From assembly GCF_001194135.2 (NCBI RefSeq), contig NC_068986.1:77567453-77631452 (forward strand): a stretch of DNA of 64,000 nucleotides, read 5' to 3'. Numbering within the stretch: the stretch's first letter is position 1; each line of letters opens with the position of its first letter. A program made the position numbers and the translations under genes. The DNA comes from Octopus bimaculoides. Its lineage: Eukaryota. The notes below the pieces were generated by a model. It made no database searches. It had not been told where the DNA came from and saw only the letters and a program-made list of their open reading frames with translations. This document shows, piece by piece, positions 38,648-54,149 of this stretch.

Positions 38648-41600
38648 TTAACTTAGAAAATGGATCTATATTTTATGTAAGTAAACTGAAGTGAAAAATA
38701 TGCATTCTATAGAAGTACAATGTCACATTTAAAATAAAGATTTCTAAGTCAACACCTCAGTACCCTTATTTTCTTTTCTTTCTTTATTTCTTATTTAGGA
38801 AGGAAAGAGCTGCACCCATGATACTTTATTTTTCTTTGGCTTCTGACATGGCATGAAGAGAGGAAGTTATCCTCAAACTAGAAATCAGGTTCAAATGCTT
38901 GCAACACAATGAACTATGCTAAATGCATCTTAGGACTAGGTGGTGTTGTTAAATTGATCGCTAGATTTAGTCTACCACATAAGAGCCAGAACAATGTTAA
39001 GAGTCAGACAAGGCATCTTGTCTGATGCTCTAACAATTCAGGATTGTTACCTTTTTCATCCCACCCACAAAATAATGAAAGTTATAGTTGACCTCAGCAG
39101 GATTTGAACTAAGAATATAGAGAGCTGGAACAAAAATAGCAAAGTATTTTATTCAATGCTCTGATGGAGGAGTAAATTTTAAAAGTTATATAGTGAAGTT
39201 ATATATTGTGGCTTTTAACACTGACACAGTCACAAAGCCATTTTTGAGAGAGGAACAGCTGACTGGTGCTTTAAATAATTGCTACCTTATTTAATCAATG
39301 TTGGAAGAATGAAAGGAAAACTCAATCTTGGCAAAATTTAAACTCAGAATATAATGGGCCACAACTAACTACTGCAAGGTATTATATCCAACATTTTACT
39401 GTTTCTGCCAATTCACTACTCTTAAGTGAAAGTTATATATACAGTGAATGATAATATCAGAAAATAACTACTGAAGTAATTAGTACTGTTCAGTTATCTT
39501 AACAGAAAACACTGAACACAACAATTGGCCTTTAGTCAATGAAATGGCAATTTGATACATTGTAACTCACAATTGCAAGATACATAAATAATTGAAATAT
39601 GCTTATTTGAAGAAAAATATCCACAAGAATTTTTATTTTAGAAGAATAAAAGAATCAGATATAATGGAATTTAGAGTTTATTACTAAGTATAATAGTGAG
39701 TTACAGTTTAACGTTACCTGCAAGAATGAAACAAAAAGTTTTGATGGATAAACAAGAATAATGTCCAATTAAGAAACACTATTTCACAAATGCACATGAT
39801 CAATAATTTTAAAGCTATAATAAGAGAATTGTTTCCAAATTATGACTTTTACTACATAGTAAAAAAGACATAATTTGGAAACAATAAACTTAGTTTAATT
39901 CAATTCATTGGAAATATGTATTGATGTTAGTGGATATTAATACTAATGAATTACTGCTGAACTTGAGACTTTCTAATTTTGTCAGAATTAACCCAAATTA
40001 ATATTATTTGTATAAATTTACATTGTATGTAAATTTGTGAGTGTCATGTATTTCTGGTTCTAAGAATTTAAAAGAAAAGCAAAGATGACATTTGCAGGAT
40101 TTGACAAACTATTTGATCTAAACTATTGTGTCAAAGACAAAAGTTACTTTATACAAGTCCATAACATACTATAGTGTTATTGTTATCTTTTGCTAGCAGC
40201 ACTTAACATTTCCTCTTCCTAATGACTTTCTTAATTTATTTGATTCCTTTAATGTTTCATATCACAAATTTCATTCATACATGCTCAATACTTTAATCAA
40301 AAACCTCAATAGAGAAAAACTGAAAAACAAACCAAAAAACTTAAAGAAAACGAATATTTCAAAAAGGAAAACAAAATAATTTTCTCCACTACTAGAAAAA
40401 AAAGAACCGATTAAAAAATGAAACATCAAATACAAAATATCCTAAAAGTTCTGCCCAAAGAGATTCATTGGTAACTTATGATTAAATACCTTAATTTAAG
40501 CCAATGTTATCAGTAATACTAGACCTTGTGATTTTCTTTATAAACTTCGATTAGAAATCTAGGGATGCCATTATTTTCATCTAAGAATATTTAATCAATG
40601 ATATCTTGTAGTGGAACATTAATTTTCTTGAACATCAAAGCATATGTAAAAAAAGAAAATATTTCTTGCCCATTCTGCATAGGGAGATAATGAATCTCAT
40701 TATGGCAAATAAACCTTGTTTGAGAAATGGTTTTTGCTTATTATTTTACTGAATAGCACAAAAAAACTAATTAAAATAGATAGGAACAACAATATCATTT
40801 CCTAAAAAAATGCCAAACAATGATGAAATAAAAATTTATAGGTTTATGAATCTACACTGACTATGTGCAAGTGTATATGCACATGTATGTGTATGTGTGT
40901 GTGTGTGTGTGTATGTGCTGTGTGTGTGTGTATGTGTGTGTGCGTGCACACATATACTACCACTCCATAAATTATATGAGAAATTTAATTTATTGCCTTC
41001 TATGAAAATATTTTCTCTTTATCATTTAGTTGTAAGAGAATCATTTTAAAATTTATTTTAGCAATTAAGACTCTTTCCCACTTATATCATGTGTCCTACA
41101 GATATGGCACTAGTGACTTACTTGATTACAATGTCTGAATATATAAAAAATAAGAAAAAATTCTGTTTGTAAGCAGGTCTCTTGTTTACTGAACATATTA
41201 CCAATAATTAATTATAATGATTGACGCTATAACCCATTAATGGATGTCATTATGTGCCATGGGTGACATTTGGTAGATGACTACATGGGGCTCATTTCAA
41301 TGTAAGAATGTGGTTAGAGAGTTTTCATAACCCCTTTATGGCTTTTTGATTTAGGTCCAGCATCATTAGTTCCATAATGGAAAGAAACTTACAGCACCTT
41401 CAGTGTCTACATTTGGTGAAGTACTCTGATGTAACACAAGACATTGCTAAAACCTTTGTTCTAGCACTTAAGTTACAGCCTTGCACTCCTAATCAATTCA
41501 TTGTTTATTCCAAACTCTTAACGCTTTCAATAGACATTGACTTGCAATAGTTCATTCTTTAAGGGTCTGTAAAGGTCCTGGGTACTGCCCCTTCTAGACA

Positions 41601-42640
41601 GATATAAAAAAAAGGAAAACAAGGCTTTATTACATTTCTTGACCATTAATGAACAAGACTTGAGAGTCCTCTTGCATTTTCTCCTGCCAGTTGGTGCCAA
41701 TGAGAGCGATCAGCTGAGATACTTGGGCACTTGCTTAAAGATTTCCTAAATATATAACCATTTTTTGTCAAAAGATTCAAATATTTTTTCCAGTGAAAGA
41801 AGGCAGGGTTTGAACCCAGAATGTTCAGAGTTGAAACTCATACCACAAGGAATTTCATCCAATACTCTAACATTCTGCCAATCTAACACCCTGGACTGAT
41901 ATTTTATCAAATGTGAAAGGACAAAAGAAAAAAATTACCGTGGTAGGATTTGAGCTCTGAGTACAAACAGCCAGAACACCTACCTCAAATTTTATTCTCT
42001 AATACTCAAGCAACTCAGCTAAATTGACATCCTCTTACACTGTCAGTTTTTATAACACTCTTAACAATGTAGTTTGTTTTTCTGAAGTACTTACAGGGAT
42101 GCTTACTGCCCAGAATATCCATCCCCATCCAGCAGATACTTATATATTTACTTAAGTAAATCCTAATCTATTTCGGATATGGCCATGAACAGTGTGGCTT
42201 AACTTATGTGATCTGACAGGAATTGATTTTTTTTGTTTTCACTACAAATTGTTGAACATAACATCTGACAAGAACTTGTCTGATTAGACAGCCTTAGCAA
42301 TAAAGCATGAAGAGTATAAAGAAAACAAGCAAAAACAGGGTGATAATTCGTCATAGTATTATTAAAGGAAAAAATCTAATTTCCTTAGAGGTGTTAAGTG
42401 GAAAATTGTATTTAATCATGAAGTGTTCATTGAGAAGTGTCAGTTTTCCATGAGTTGAGAAGAGGGAAGTTTAATGTTACCATGAAACATGAAATAGTAA
42501 TTTTATTCTATTATAAGCAACCCAGCTTGAAACTTTATTTTATGATGAAACTCAGTGTAGTAAATTTTCTTTTTACTCTGTTACATGAAAAGAAAAGTTT
42601 CAAATTCCTGTGAAAATTAGCGAAGAAATTTTTAACTTAC

Positions 42641-42764
42641 TGTGCTACCTGATGAGATGTTTGGTCTTTCCATTGCAAGTGTTATACAGTTTAGAGCAAT
42701 GAAAAAGAGAACTGAGTAGTCAAACCAGCGTCTTGAAATCATATGATGACACAATCTTCTTAAT
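42641..42764 (-). CDS. Cav3: Cav3 exon, IIIS1 (LRRLCHHMISRRWFDYSVLFFIALNCITLAMERPNISSGST)
   Basis: 124 nt, ttctag/gtaagt. WFD...LNCITLAMERP is the IIIS1 signature of Cav3 channels. Confidence 0.96.
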
Positions 42765-44524
42765 CTAGAATAGATTAGAATTTCATGGGAAAAAAAATCT
42801 TGTTAATTAAATAAGGTTTTCTTAAATATATAGTAAGTAGAGAATCATTCTCTCTAAAATCATCCATGATTATTGAAAATATAATTTAAAAAAAAATGAA
42901 ACATTTATCACTTTAATGAAATTTATTATGTTTTTAATTTTCAGTTTGGAAATTGAAATTTATACATGAATTATAAAATCTGCTTATGTCGATTTTTTTC
43001 TTAATGATTTATTTTTCTGAGCAAAAGAGAGTTAATGTAAACTATGTAACACTGGATTAATTGGATAAATAAATTTAGTAAAATCAGTATTAGAAATAAT
43101 TATGAAACAAAATGTAAGGAGGTACATGTAGATATTTTTTATATTTTGGAGAAGCTTTGAAGAGATAATGTAAGTTATACACTCAAATACAGAGAGTGAG
43201 CAAAATGTTTTAAAATGAGTAAGGTTTTCAGCCTGAAAAGTAAGAAGAGGGGCTATTGCTTTAATGATAGAATTAAAGAAGTATGTCTAATGATTAGGTA
43301 CCGTGGTGGTGGTGGTGGGGGGGTTATTGATGTTCATAAAATATCAAAAGGGGTATAATTAATTAACAATTTTAAGAACACAGAAGTAATATGAAATAAC
43401 ATTGAAATTTTTGTATTTTATTTAAAGATCAGATAGGTTTTACAGGTTCAGAAATTGTATTGGCTGACAAATTCAAAAACTTGCATGATTTCAGAGATAA
43501 GGACTTTTAATACTAGATGCCAATCATATTATCATGAAATGAATGAAAGTATGAATTTTAAATTAAGAAGTACAAGTAGTTAAAACAATAGAACAATTGA
43601 TTGGCAATTCAAACTTGGATTGGTCTATGAAGAAGAAATGACCAATGAAGATAACATTCCAAATACCTATGTTGTAGTTTGGTTGACACAATCTCATGCT
43701 TTCTCTAAGAAGATACAAAAAAGCCTGCTTTTGATGATGCATTCATTTTTTTCTCAATATATAAATGTAGTGGCTAAATGACCAAAACCTACAAGTTATG
43801 ACATGATATTTTAGCTTAGCCAGCTTGACTTCAACTTGATGACTGAGTAGTAAACATTACGAGCATCCACTAGAAAAACATTTCAACAGTTAGCAGAAAT
43901 GTCTAAATTTATGTAAATTATTCTAAGGCAAAAAAAAAAATCAAGATAGAAATATATATTTTTAAATGTATATCTGCAGTAAATACTTTAAAAGAATATT
44001 TTTAAACTTAACATATCACCATCATCATTTTGCATCCATTTTCCATGCTGACATGTGTTGTATTTCTCCTAAATATTGCTCAGTTTTCAATGCTTTTGGA
44101 GAATGTTACTATATCAGTAAACTTTTTTTTTTTATAGTTTCAGCTTAGAGCTGCGGCCATGCTGATGCACTGCTGTGGATACATTTCGAAAATTCCTTTA
44201 CATAAATCGATGGAGCAATAGTGTGTCCAATTATTTTTACTTAGCCCTAACACATGCTCTATGCACTTGGAATGGGAAGATATTTCAGTTAAGTTGAATG
44301 AAGCAGAAGCATGTGCTTTGCTTTAGAGAAAAGAGCAATGTTAAAATAAGGGTTTGAATTCACAAAATTTGTGTTAACAGATATCAAGCTGAATTATTCA
44401 ATCATTGTACCTTAAAAGCAAAAGGAAAAAGAAGGAAGCAAACATTATAACAAAATTTATGTAGTAAATTTACAAGAACACACAAACACAAACATATGAA
44501 AATAAAAAATGAAAAGAGTTTTAC

Positions 44525-44613
44525 GTGTTTGAAGGTGAAAGCACATAGAGAGCATATTCTTCCCTTTCTTTAAAACATCCTTTGGGTTCTGGACACCATG
44601 AACAAACGCAGTT
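44525..44613 (-). CDS. Cav3: Cav3 T-type calcium channel exon, end of II-III linker (NCVCSWCPEPKGCFKEREEYALYVLSPSN-T)
   Basis: 89 nt, acceptor ...cttacag, donor gtaaaa. Ends in phase 2 (AC) and joins the next exon's A to give ACA (Thr). PEPKGCF..REEYALY resembles the invertebrate Cav3 pre-IIIS1 segment. Confidence 0.9.
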
Positions 44614-44946
44614 CTGTAAGGACACATCAGATAATTTTTTTAGACATATGTTCATTGATAGTTGATAAAATGCTTAACAGACTTACTTCTCTCAAGGAAA
44701 CAGCATTAACTTATAGAAATTTTTGTTCTAATATTAAAAGAAACTGTATTTTATTTACAGTTGTTATTCAATCTTGGAAACGTTTTGTATGCTATATAAT
44801 CTTTATACTGTCGATTCTTTTATTTATTTACAAAATTGGGTAGTAGTAAGGGTAGTAATAAAATATATTAATAAAGAATAATTTCATATGAAAATTTCCT
44901 GAGTTATTTATGTCTTGTTGCTTTTATCATAGCTATTCACTTGTCC

Positions 44947-45022
<76 letters not shown>

Positions 45023-45981
45023 TGAATTATAGTGATATAAATTATGTATCATATTACCAAAAATGTGAGGAAGAATATTTTGAGAAAATGTTTAAAATTC
45101 AAAATTAACAAAAAAATTCTTTTAGTGGTCAAAAACATCTACATATAGATTAGGCTTGAGGAAAAGCAGTCACATTCTAGGATTGAAAGTGGTGCCTCGT
45201 GATTGTAAAGAAAGCTTCTTAAGCGCTCAGTTGAGCCTGCAATGTTAACCAGACAAAATCTCATAATGTCTTTCATATTATCTAAGATTTTGACAGAAAT
45301 AATTCTGCTTACAAATACTCATTCTACAGAAATAACCTGCTTTACACAAGCATTGCATTTCTGAAAACTTTGTCATAATGTAAAATTCTGTAATATGAAA
45401 CATATTTTCGTATGACTTCTGTGTAACAGGAAAGACAATGAAAATAGGTTTTAATGTTACACATATATTAAGATATTTCTAAAAAAAAATATTAAAAAAA
45501 TTAAGCAACTAAAATCCATAAGCAATATAAATGTTATTTCAGAGCTTCAAAATAATTATTATTTACTAACATTTACTATAAAATAATTATATTAAGTATT
45601 CACTTTGTTTGCATTGCCCATAAACTTTTGAGTGATTAGGCAATTATTACTTGGAGACAGTAACCTATTACTAAAACAAATGTTTTCTTGTCTTCCCAAA
45701 TTTTTGATATATAATAAAGTATAAATTAACTGGACTGAATTTAACATCTCTAAAACAAAACTATTGATATAAGTTCTTTTGAGAGTAGAGTTAATTATAG
45801 AACATAATTCATGTTATTTAGATGATTGCTAATGCCAAATGAGTAAATAAAATGGAATATTTAATTGAATTCAAATAAATAAATAAAAAAGCAAAATGGA
45901 GTGAATGAAGTTCAACAAGAAATTAATGATGAAGAAATCCAGTTTTACTGAAATATAAACACCACATGCCAAAAATCAAAT

Positions 45982-46017
<36 letters not shown>

Positions 46018-46844
46018 CATATATATCTACATGTATGTATATATATTTGTATATATATATNNNNNNNNNNAGATACATAATATTTTTTAGATCTGCTTCT
46101 TCATTTCTTCATGCCATTTTTATAGTCATATTTTCTTTTCTTCATTTTTTTTTTTGCTTTCATTTAAAAGTGATAAAATTAAAGGCTTAAATAATTTTCA
46201 AGAATACAAATAAAAAATTAGAGACATTTATGAATAATTTTAAAAGGAATACATGATTTAGAAAACATATGAACAATGATTTTATTATATTTAGTCAATA
46301 ACATTGAAGTAAGAAATGCATAAGAATAAAAAGTGAATGTGTTTGAATCTGAATTAAAGAAAAAAACAGGAAAAATTAGCCAGCCACAATAGCATATGTT
46401 GGTATACAATTGTGAACAACTGAAAGACAGTATATTCCATTATTAATGGAGTAAAAAAAAAATCTATGCATAAGCAGTTAGGAGGGTAGAAATGAGAAAA
46501 CGTGAGGTGAGTGCAGTGTGATAAATTGTTGAATGCAAAGAAAAAAAATTTCAAGAGAAAAAAAAAACTAAAATGTTGTGATTTCAAAATAGAAAATGGT
46601 TGACAGCAGGGTAACAAAAAAAAAACTATTGAAAGTGTTTTTTCTTTTTTTAGGGCTGTGACGATTTTGAATTTACCAACTGATTAATGTTGATTTGTAT
46701 TTTTTCTTTGTGGTAATATTTCTGTATCAGGTGAGTTATTCATCTTTGAATTACATCTTAAAGTCTCTGCATCTTGATCTTTGGCATCAGCTTGCCTACT
46801 ATTACCACATTAAAATAAGGATAGCGTAAAAGTCTCAAACCGCA

Positions 46845-46936
46845 TTAAAGAGAGTTAAAAATCACATTTTGTAAAGGGTTATTTGAGTAATTAAAGATAG
46901 TTAAAAATCACATTTTGTGAAGGGTTATTTGAGTAA
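46845..46936. repeat. 46-bp direct tandem duplication
   Basis: ttaaagagagttaaaaatcacattttgtaaagggttatttgagtaa repeated with 2 mismatches. Confidence 0.9.
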
Positions 46937-46967
46937 CTTGTCACAAACTTTGATGGCAATAATAATG

Positions 46968-46978
46968 AAGAAGAAGAA

Positions 46979-47066
<88 letters not shown>
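46968..47066. repeat. (GAA)n-(GAT)n microsatellite
   Basis: Uninterrupted gat run of about 30 units preceded by gaa units. Confidence 0.95.
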
Positions 47067-47067
<1 letters not shown>

Positions 47068-47262
47068 GCATTATATTATTATCATTATCATCATTATCAT
47101 TATTATTACTACTACCACTACTGCTTTGTCATGCAGTGTAGATGGAAAATGCATTGAGTATTTAGTCATCTGTCAAGTCAAACAAGAACCTAGCTGATTT
47201 TTTTATGACACCAATCTTGCATGGTATTCCCAACCACTTTAAGAAGTCTTGAAGTTTCAGTT

Positions 47263-47282
47263 ATTATTATTATTATTATTAC

Positions 47283-47342
<60 letters not shown>
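47263..47342. repeat. (ATT)n microsatellite
   Basis: Directly visible, with one act interruption. Confidence 0.95.
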
Positions 47343-47344
<2 letters not shown>

Positions 47345-50300
47345 CACTGCAAAATAATACAATGTTTATTGGATTATGAGTAGCTACTTAAAACAGACTA
47401 GAATTTACAATGACAAAGTAGCTAATAAATAATGGTATTATAATTAAATGACAGAGTGATATGATAATGATATAAGTCTGCAGTGTTATACTGATGAAAT
47501 GATATCATACATTACAGTACAATACACTAATGATCAAATGTTATCATATTATCATAAAAGGATATGACAGTAATGCATAAAATCAATTGCAAATGTACAA
47601 TAATGGAAATAGCAGAGATATGTTGGGTAGGTATGATAACCTTATGGCAAGAACAGAAAGTATAATTATAATGGTAATGGAATAGTAATGATAGAGTGCA
47701 GTATAGGGTGATGCTGCAAAAAGTATTATTTTGTGTAATAATGGAAAAGATATGATCATACTGTTTTGAGAGCATTATCTAATACAGATTGAACTTAATT
47801 GCAAGTGTGATTGAAACATTTTATAAAGAAGAAAGTCACCTGTCTAAAGTTACACATGCAAAATTGGAATTCAAACAAGTGCAAACAAATTATTTTGCAA
47901 TTATTGAAAAACCAATATTTCCAAAATAAAGCAAGTTCTCACATTCTCATATACATAAGAATGATCGATTCCTGTCTACAAAGGAATCCAACTTGCAGAT
48001 TACTAACTGTTTATAAGCAATTATCAGCTCTGATATTGTAAATAGCAGGAAATGGTATTAAAAACAATCCAGTTGAAATTGACCTCATTGCTAGGTTTTG
48101 GATAAAGTGCACAGACAGTTTGTATTTTATTTCCACTGTTGCAGTCTGATTTAGCTGTAAATAGGTACTATAACTAGGTACAACTGGCTATTTGAAGCAG
48201 CAGGAGTACTTTAACTGAGGGATATTTTTGTTACATTATAAAATTCAGTCCAAATTTTTCTACAAATGAGTTAAGCTTTGTCTGATATTGAAATACCTCA
48301 GAAACACTACATAAAATCTAAGAGGATTATGCAATTCCTTTTGTCATTGGAAGAAAAGCAAGGTTTCTTTCATATTTAAAGAAGATGAACTTGAATTATT
48401 GATTAGAAACTGATACATATGCGATTATGAAGAACAAAACATTTTGAAAATGCCTGAACACTTAAAAACCAAGGAGACTATTTTCAAGATTAAAACTAAA
48501 ATTTTCGTTCATGGAATATATTTTTGTTATACGAATGCTAAGATTTTATAAAATATCCATAATTTTATTAGGAAACAGAAAATTGTAGTGTAATATCAGC
48601 AGTGGGAAACTGAAATTAAAGAGAAAAGAAAAGAGAAAAATTTTCTCCAAATTTCTGATATTTAATGTGATATGAAACACGAAAATAGCTTTGTTCACTC
48701 ATTTTAGCATGTTTTCCCCATGCTAGCATGGGTTAGATGAATATAAATTTTAGGCATTTTTTGACATGGGTACTGTCAATTACTCATTAGCTGTTTTTCA
48801 AGTAAAGGGCCTCTTATTTCACAAAGCCAGTAGTTATTTTGTTGACAACAATATCACTGCTTGTGTCTTACTGGTTTTTGGAGAAGCACAAATTTCACAT
48901 ATAACATGCACACACACACACACGTACTCAAATATGCAATTGGACTCTTTTCAGTTTTCTTTACCAATTATAATTACAAGGCTTTGATCAGCTCAAGGCT
49001 AATGTAGATAACATTTATCCAACATGCTATGCATTAGGACTGAACTTGAGGCCATGTGACTAGAAAGTAAACTTCTTAACAATATAGCTGTGCTTGCATC
49101 TACTGCAACCAAAACCTTGTGGTTGGGAAGCTTGTGAATTGAATAAAGACAGGCATAGAGCAATAATCAAGAATACAACTATACCACTTTAAGCCTTTCA
49201 AAACAAGAACAGAGAAATAAAACTGAAGAAAAGAGGATTCTTTCTCTCTAGATGAAATATAGGGTTATTTAATGTACCATTGTATCTTTATCCACTAGAA
49301 AACTTGCTTATAATGATGGATGTGTCTCTAATAATTTCTGCATGTGAAGGATTTTCTGTAGTAACATAATAACCATTATAACTTGAAGAGATTAAATATA
49401 AAGGTAGATTTAGAGTAACTTGGGGGTAGGAATGATTTATTTAAATCTCCTTAGCCATGAGTGGTTGAGTTTCTGTGTTTTAACAGTTTGGATTTGAAAT
49501 AAATTCTTTAGTATTTTGATTAGTTGACACTAATGAACTTGAATCAAACACATTATGATATTGAAAATAGTCAATCAAACATTTGTTAATCCATAACTAA
49601 CTTGTTGGTCTCAGTGGAAATTTAATTATTTGTCATCAATCTAACCTAATCATCTTGTTTATGTTGTTATTGTACTGATAGACTTAAAAATTTTGGTCCA
49701 AAAGTATCAGGAAATTTTCCGAAGGAAAATATCTGTCAACAATTTGAGTAGCTTATATAAGGTACAATATTAATGTGAGAGTGTTCTTGACATTATTTTT
49801 ATTTATGATGGTGAAGAGTTCTCTTTTTGTTTTTGTATATGCTTAACACTGTTCCAATTAGTGTTAGTATAGAAAAAGTTTTATAAACCCACCTGCAAAA
49901 AAATTGTGTGATTATAGCTCACCTGTCCTGAAGGATGATGGAAGATGTGATGGAGTGGTTGTTATATTTGAGAGTGATTCAGATGGAGAGGTGGATTAGG
50001 TGAAGCATTGAGTATAATGAAGTGAATACTGAATGATAGTATGTTGTTAATGAGTGACTTGTAACATGATGAACATCAATTTAAATGAAACAATTGTGCA
50101 AGTTGAAAATCAAGTCGATAACAGTTGATGGTGTACATGATAAATGACATGATGATGAGACTCTTGTGTATAAGGCAACTTTAGGAATGGAAGGAAGGTG
50201 ACAGATGGTATTGCTATTACAACATAACAGGGTAAATCAAGTTAATAGGACACATGTTCTTTGATGTAGTGGCTCATAATAAAGTTTATGATCATCATTA

Positions 50301-52472
50301 ATTTCCAAGAATGAGCTTGCTATAACAGGAATAAAATGACAGAATATTTGGCAAATTTAATGATAAGAAAAATCCTCAATTTATATTTTGTGGGCAAAAA
50401 ATGTAACTGAAATAGTGTAGAAAAAGAAATAGAAAATATATTTTAACAAAATGAAAAGTTATTCGTCACAGCCCCAACAACTGTTATGGTTTGATATAAA
50501 AAAATGGGAATGGTTAAAAGAATACATATATATGTTTATATATATATATAGCTGTATATATATCAATATATATATACATATGTATATGTAACAGCATGCA
50601 TCTGTGCACTGAGAGGAGGGTAACTATGGATGTTGTCAAAAAAGTTTTGCCTGAAGTTGTCACATCTCTACCAATTTCAAACAAAAAGCATTAGTAAAGA
50701 TTATTAAGAAGATATTCTTTTTATTGGCAACAAAACCCCTCCTCTCCAACCCCAAAACAATAACAACAACATTAAAAACACTGAAAATAAATTATATAAT
50801 ATACATATATGTATGTATGTATGTATGTGCATATATATATATGTATGTATGTATATATATATATATGTATGTATGTATGTACATATATATATATGTATGT
50901 ATGTATGTANNNNNNNNNNNNNNNNNNNNNNNNNNNNNNNNNNNNNNNNNNNNNNNNNNNNNNNNNNNNNNNNNNNNNNNNNNNNNNNNNNNNNNNNNNN
51001 NNNNNNNNNNNNNNNNNNNNNNNNNNNNNNNNNNNNNNNNNNNNNNNNNNNNNNNNNNNNNNNNNNNNNNNNNNNNNNNNNNNNNNNNNNNNNNNNNNNN
51101 NNNNNNNNNNNNNNNNNNNNNNNNNNNNNNNNNNNNNNNNNNNNNNNNNNNNNNNNNNNNNNNNNNNNNNNNNNNNNNNNNNNNNNNNNNNNNNNNNNNN
51201 NNNNNNNNNNNNNNNNNNNNNNNNNNNNNNNNNNNNNNNNNNNNNNNNNNNNNNNNNNNNNNNNNNNNNNNNNNNNNNNNNNNNNNNNNNNNNNNNNNNN
51301 NNNNNNNNNNNNNNNNNNNNNNNNNNNNNNNNNNNNNNNNNNNNNNNNNNNNNNNNNNNNNNNNNNNNNNNNNNNNNNNNNNNNNNNNNNNNNNNNNNNN
51401 NNNNNNNNNNNNNNNNNNNNNNNNNNNNNNNNNNNNNNNNNNNNNNNNNNNNNNNNNNNNNNNNNNNNNNNNNNNNNTATATATACATACATATTGCACA
51501 CATGTACATACATATATGTATAGGTAAACAAACATGATTGGTTGGAAGTGGTGGTGGTAAAGAAAAAAAGCTCAAAGGAATTTTAGTGATCTACCAGCAA
51601 ATATAATTGAATTAGTGAACTAGCACTAAATATGAATAATGGTATGGGGTATGTATAACAGTTATATTATTATTTATTACTATTACTACTATTATTATCA
51701 CTTATATTGTTATTATGTTATTAATATTTATTATCATTATTATTATTATTATCATTATTATTATTATTTCTTTAATACTATTTATTACATTAATATTTTT
51801 ACCACTAACATTATTATTATTATATTGAAATTTGACTACAAATGATTTTAGTTTTAAATGGGGAAAAAAGTATTAATAATAACTGAAAAACATTTAATTT
51901 AGAGAGAGACACTTGCAATAAACTCCAGTTTGACAGAAATCAAATAAGGACATAAAATGTCTTCATTAAGTTCAAAAGAAACGGTATTAAAAGAAAAGAA
52001 AGGGAAGAAATTTCAGACAAATAACTTGAACCAAAATAAACTGGGAAATAATGGAGTAAGTGGGAGTGAAAAGAAAAAGAAAATACTTTGTAGAATCTAA
52101 TACATTTTACGAATTTATGAATTTTTGGATTTTTCAAGAGATCAAAAAAAAAAAAATAATAAGATATCAAAAATATATACACAAAGTACACAGCACCTCT
52201 TCTGCTTTCTCTTTCTCTCACATACATGTATGTATGCTCACACACAAAGATGTCCACATGTATATGTATAGAATGATACATAGAAAGACTGTGTAAATTC
52301 TGTTTATCAATGAAAAATATTGATATTTATTCACGTTACCACTCACATGTATATACCTATCTATGTATTGTATGTGTGTGTGTGATTGTGTTGGTGTGTG
52401 TGAGTATCTATCTATATCTATCTATCTATCTATCTATCTCTCTATCTCTCTATCTATCTATCTATCTATCTA

Positions 52473-52505
<33 letters not shown>

Positions 52506-54149
52506 TTGTATGCATGTATGTATGTATGTATGTATACACATACTCAAACACACATACATGCACAAACAGATTTAATCTCCACCCTCTCTGAGCACAATGA
52601 AAAAAAGTAAAAACTCTTGATGAGCTTGAAAAGAAAGTTGAAACTGATTGAATTGTTCTTCAGGCTACTCTACAGAGAGAGCAGTGGTTAAACCATAGGG
52701 TCTATTTGCATAGTGAAGTTAAATGTATGTTTATTAAAAGCACACAGGTAAATTTAAATTAGTATTTATATACTAATTTATATTTAGCATATAAACACAC
52801 AAAATGGCAAGGATCAAAATAAAGATGCATACACTGCAAAATATCACAGTGGAAGCCTTTCACATTTTCGTGTACAAGATCATCATCACTATCATCATTT
52901 TCCTTGCTGGCATGGGTTGGACAGTTTGACTGGATCTAGTAAAGCCAAGAGCTAGATCGGGTTCCATTATTTGTTTTGGCATGGTTTCTACACCTGGATG
53001 CTCTTCCTAATGCCAGCCACTTTACAGAGTGTACTGGATGCTTTTTACAAGGCTACTGAATACTTTGCAAAACAGAAAGCTTCTTAACTGGGAGGGAAGA
53101 GTAGTATTGTTGGGTTGTGGCTTTGTGCCAGTTGAGAGATTTAAGGTACTGAAGGGTAGAGGTGTCTTGCTGTAGATTAGGTACAAAGACACCCTAGTTG
53201 GAAAATGAAGGAGAGTGAGTTAGAAATTAAGATAGAGAGCGTGACAGTGAGAGAGAGATGATGGTGGAAATGTGTTGGGGACATGGCCTCAAGGGACAAT
53301 TGGTAGTGGTGAGAATAGATGAGGGGATATAGCGACTCGAGCTGGGTGAGTGGGTGTTGATGAGGAAGACCAATACAAGTGAGGGAGAGAAGGTCCAGAA
53401 AGGAGGTGATTGGTGAAGACAGTAGGCTGGGAGAAGAAAGGTAACTGAGAAAGCCAGTGTGTGTAGTATGTACCTATTCTGCTATCAGGTGATAGAGGAA
53501 GTGATGGACGTTAGGGGATGAAATGTGTGGGAGGTAGGAGGTTGATGGGACAGAGAGGCTGGAGGTAAGCATCACCAAAAATACATGTACACATGTTTAA
53601 TTTGATCCTCAACATTTTGTTTTTCTTTCTTTCTTTCTCTGTATATATATATATATATATGTCTCTCTATGAGGTTTGCTCCAAAACTAATGCAAAAGCA
53701 GACACATTTTATATTAACCAACATAGATCATTCAAATTGGACATGTTGGTAGAGTAACTCTATGATAATTCTTAGTAACAATAATAATATAGTCACTGAA
53801 TCGGGAATGAAATTTGCTTTGGGGATGCAAACCCAGGTCCAAAAATTTTTACAAATAAGATCATGTTTTTTTTTTAATGTTCTTTGTTCTTTGAGAAGAA
53901 ACCTAATTCAAGTTACTTTTTACAGATCACTTTTTACACACACTGTTTTCTAAACCTGAGAAAAGTAAGTAGGGGTGTAAATTTTGATTTTGCACCCCAC
54001 AAAAGTTTTAGGGGGTGCATGTGCACCCCTTGTACCCCCTGTTCCTGGGTCCATGAATATAGTAATATAGTAATTCTTTAGTAATTCTTTATAGTAATTC
54101 TTCTTCTTGTTCCTTTTCATAGCAGGCAAATAATAAGTTCAAAGCATAA

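Noticed and set aside
49891-50330. Minus-strand Ser/His/Pro-looking segment ending in a good donor (CAG/gtgagc at 49923), with an AG/GT junction 30 nt downstream
   Set aside because: Stops occur in all three frames, and the 30-nt spacing is too short for a credible intron. A recursive splice site cannot be supported without reads.
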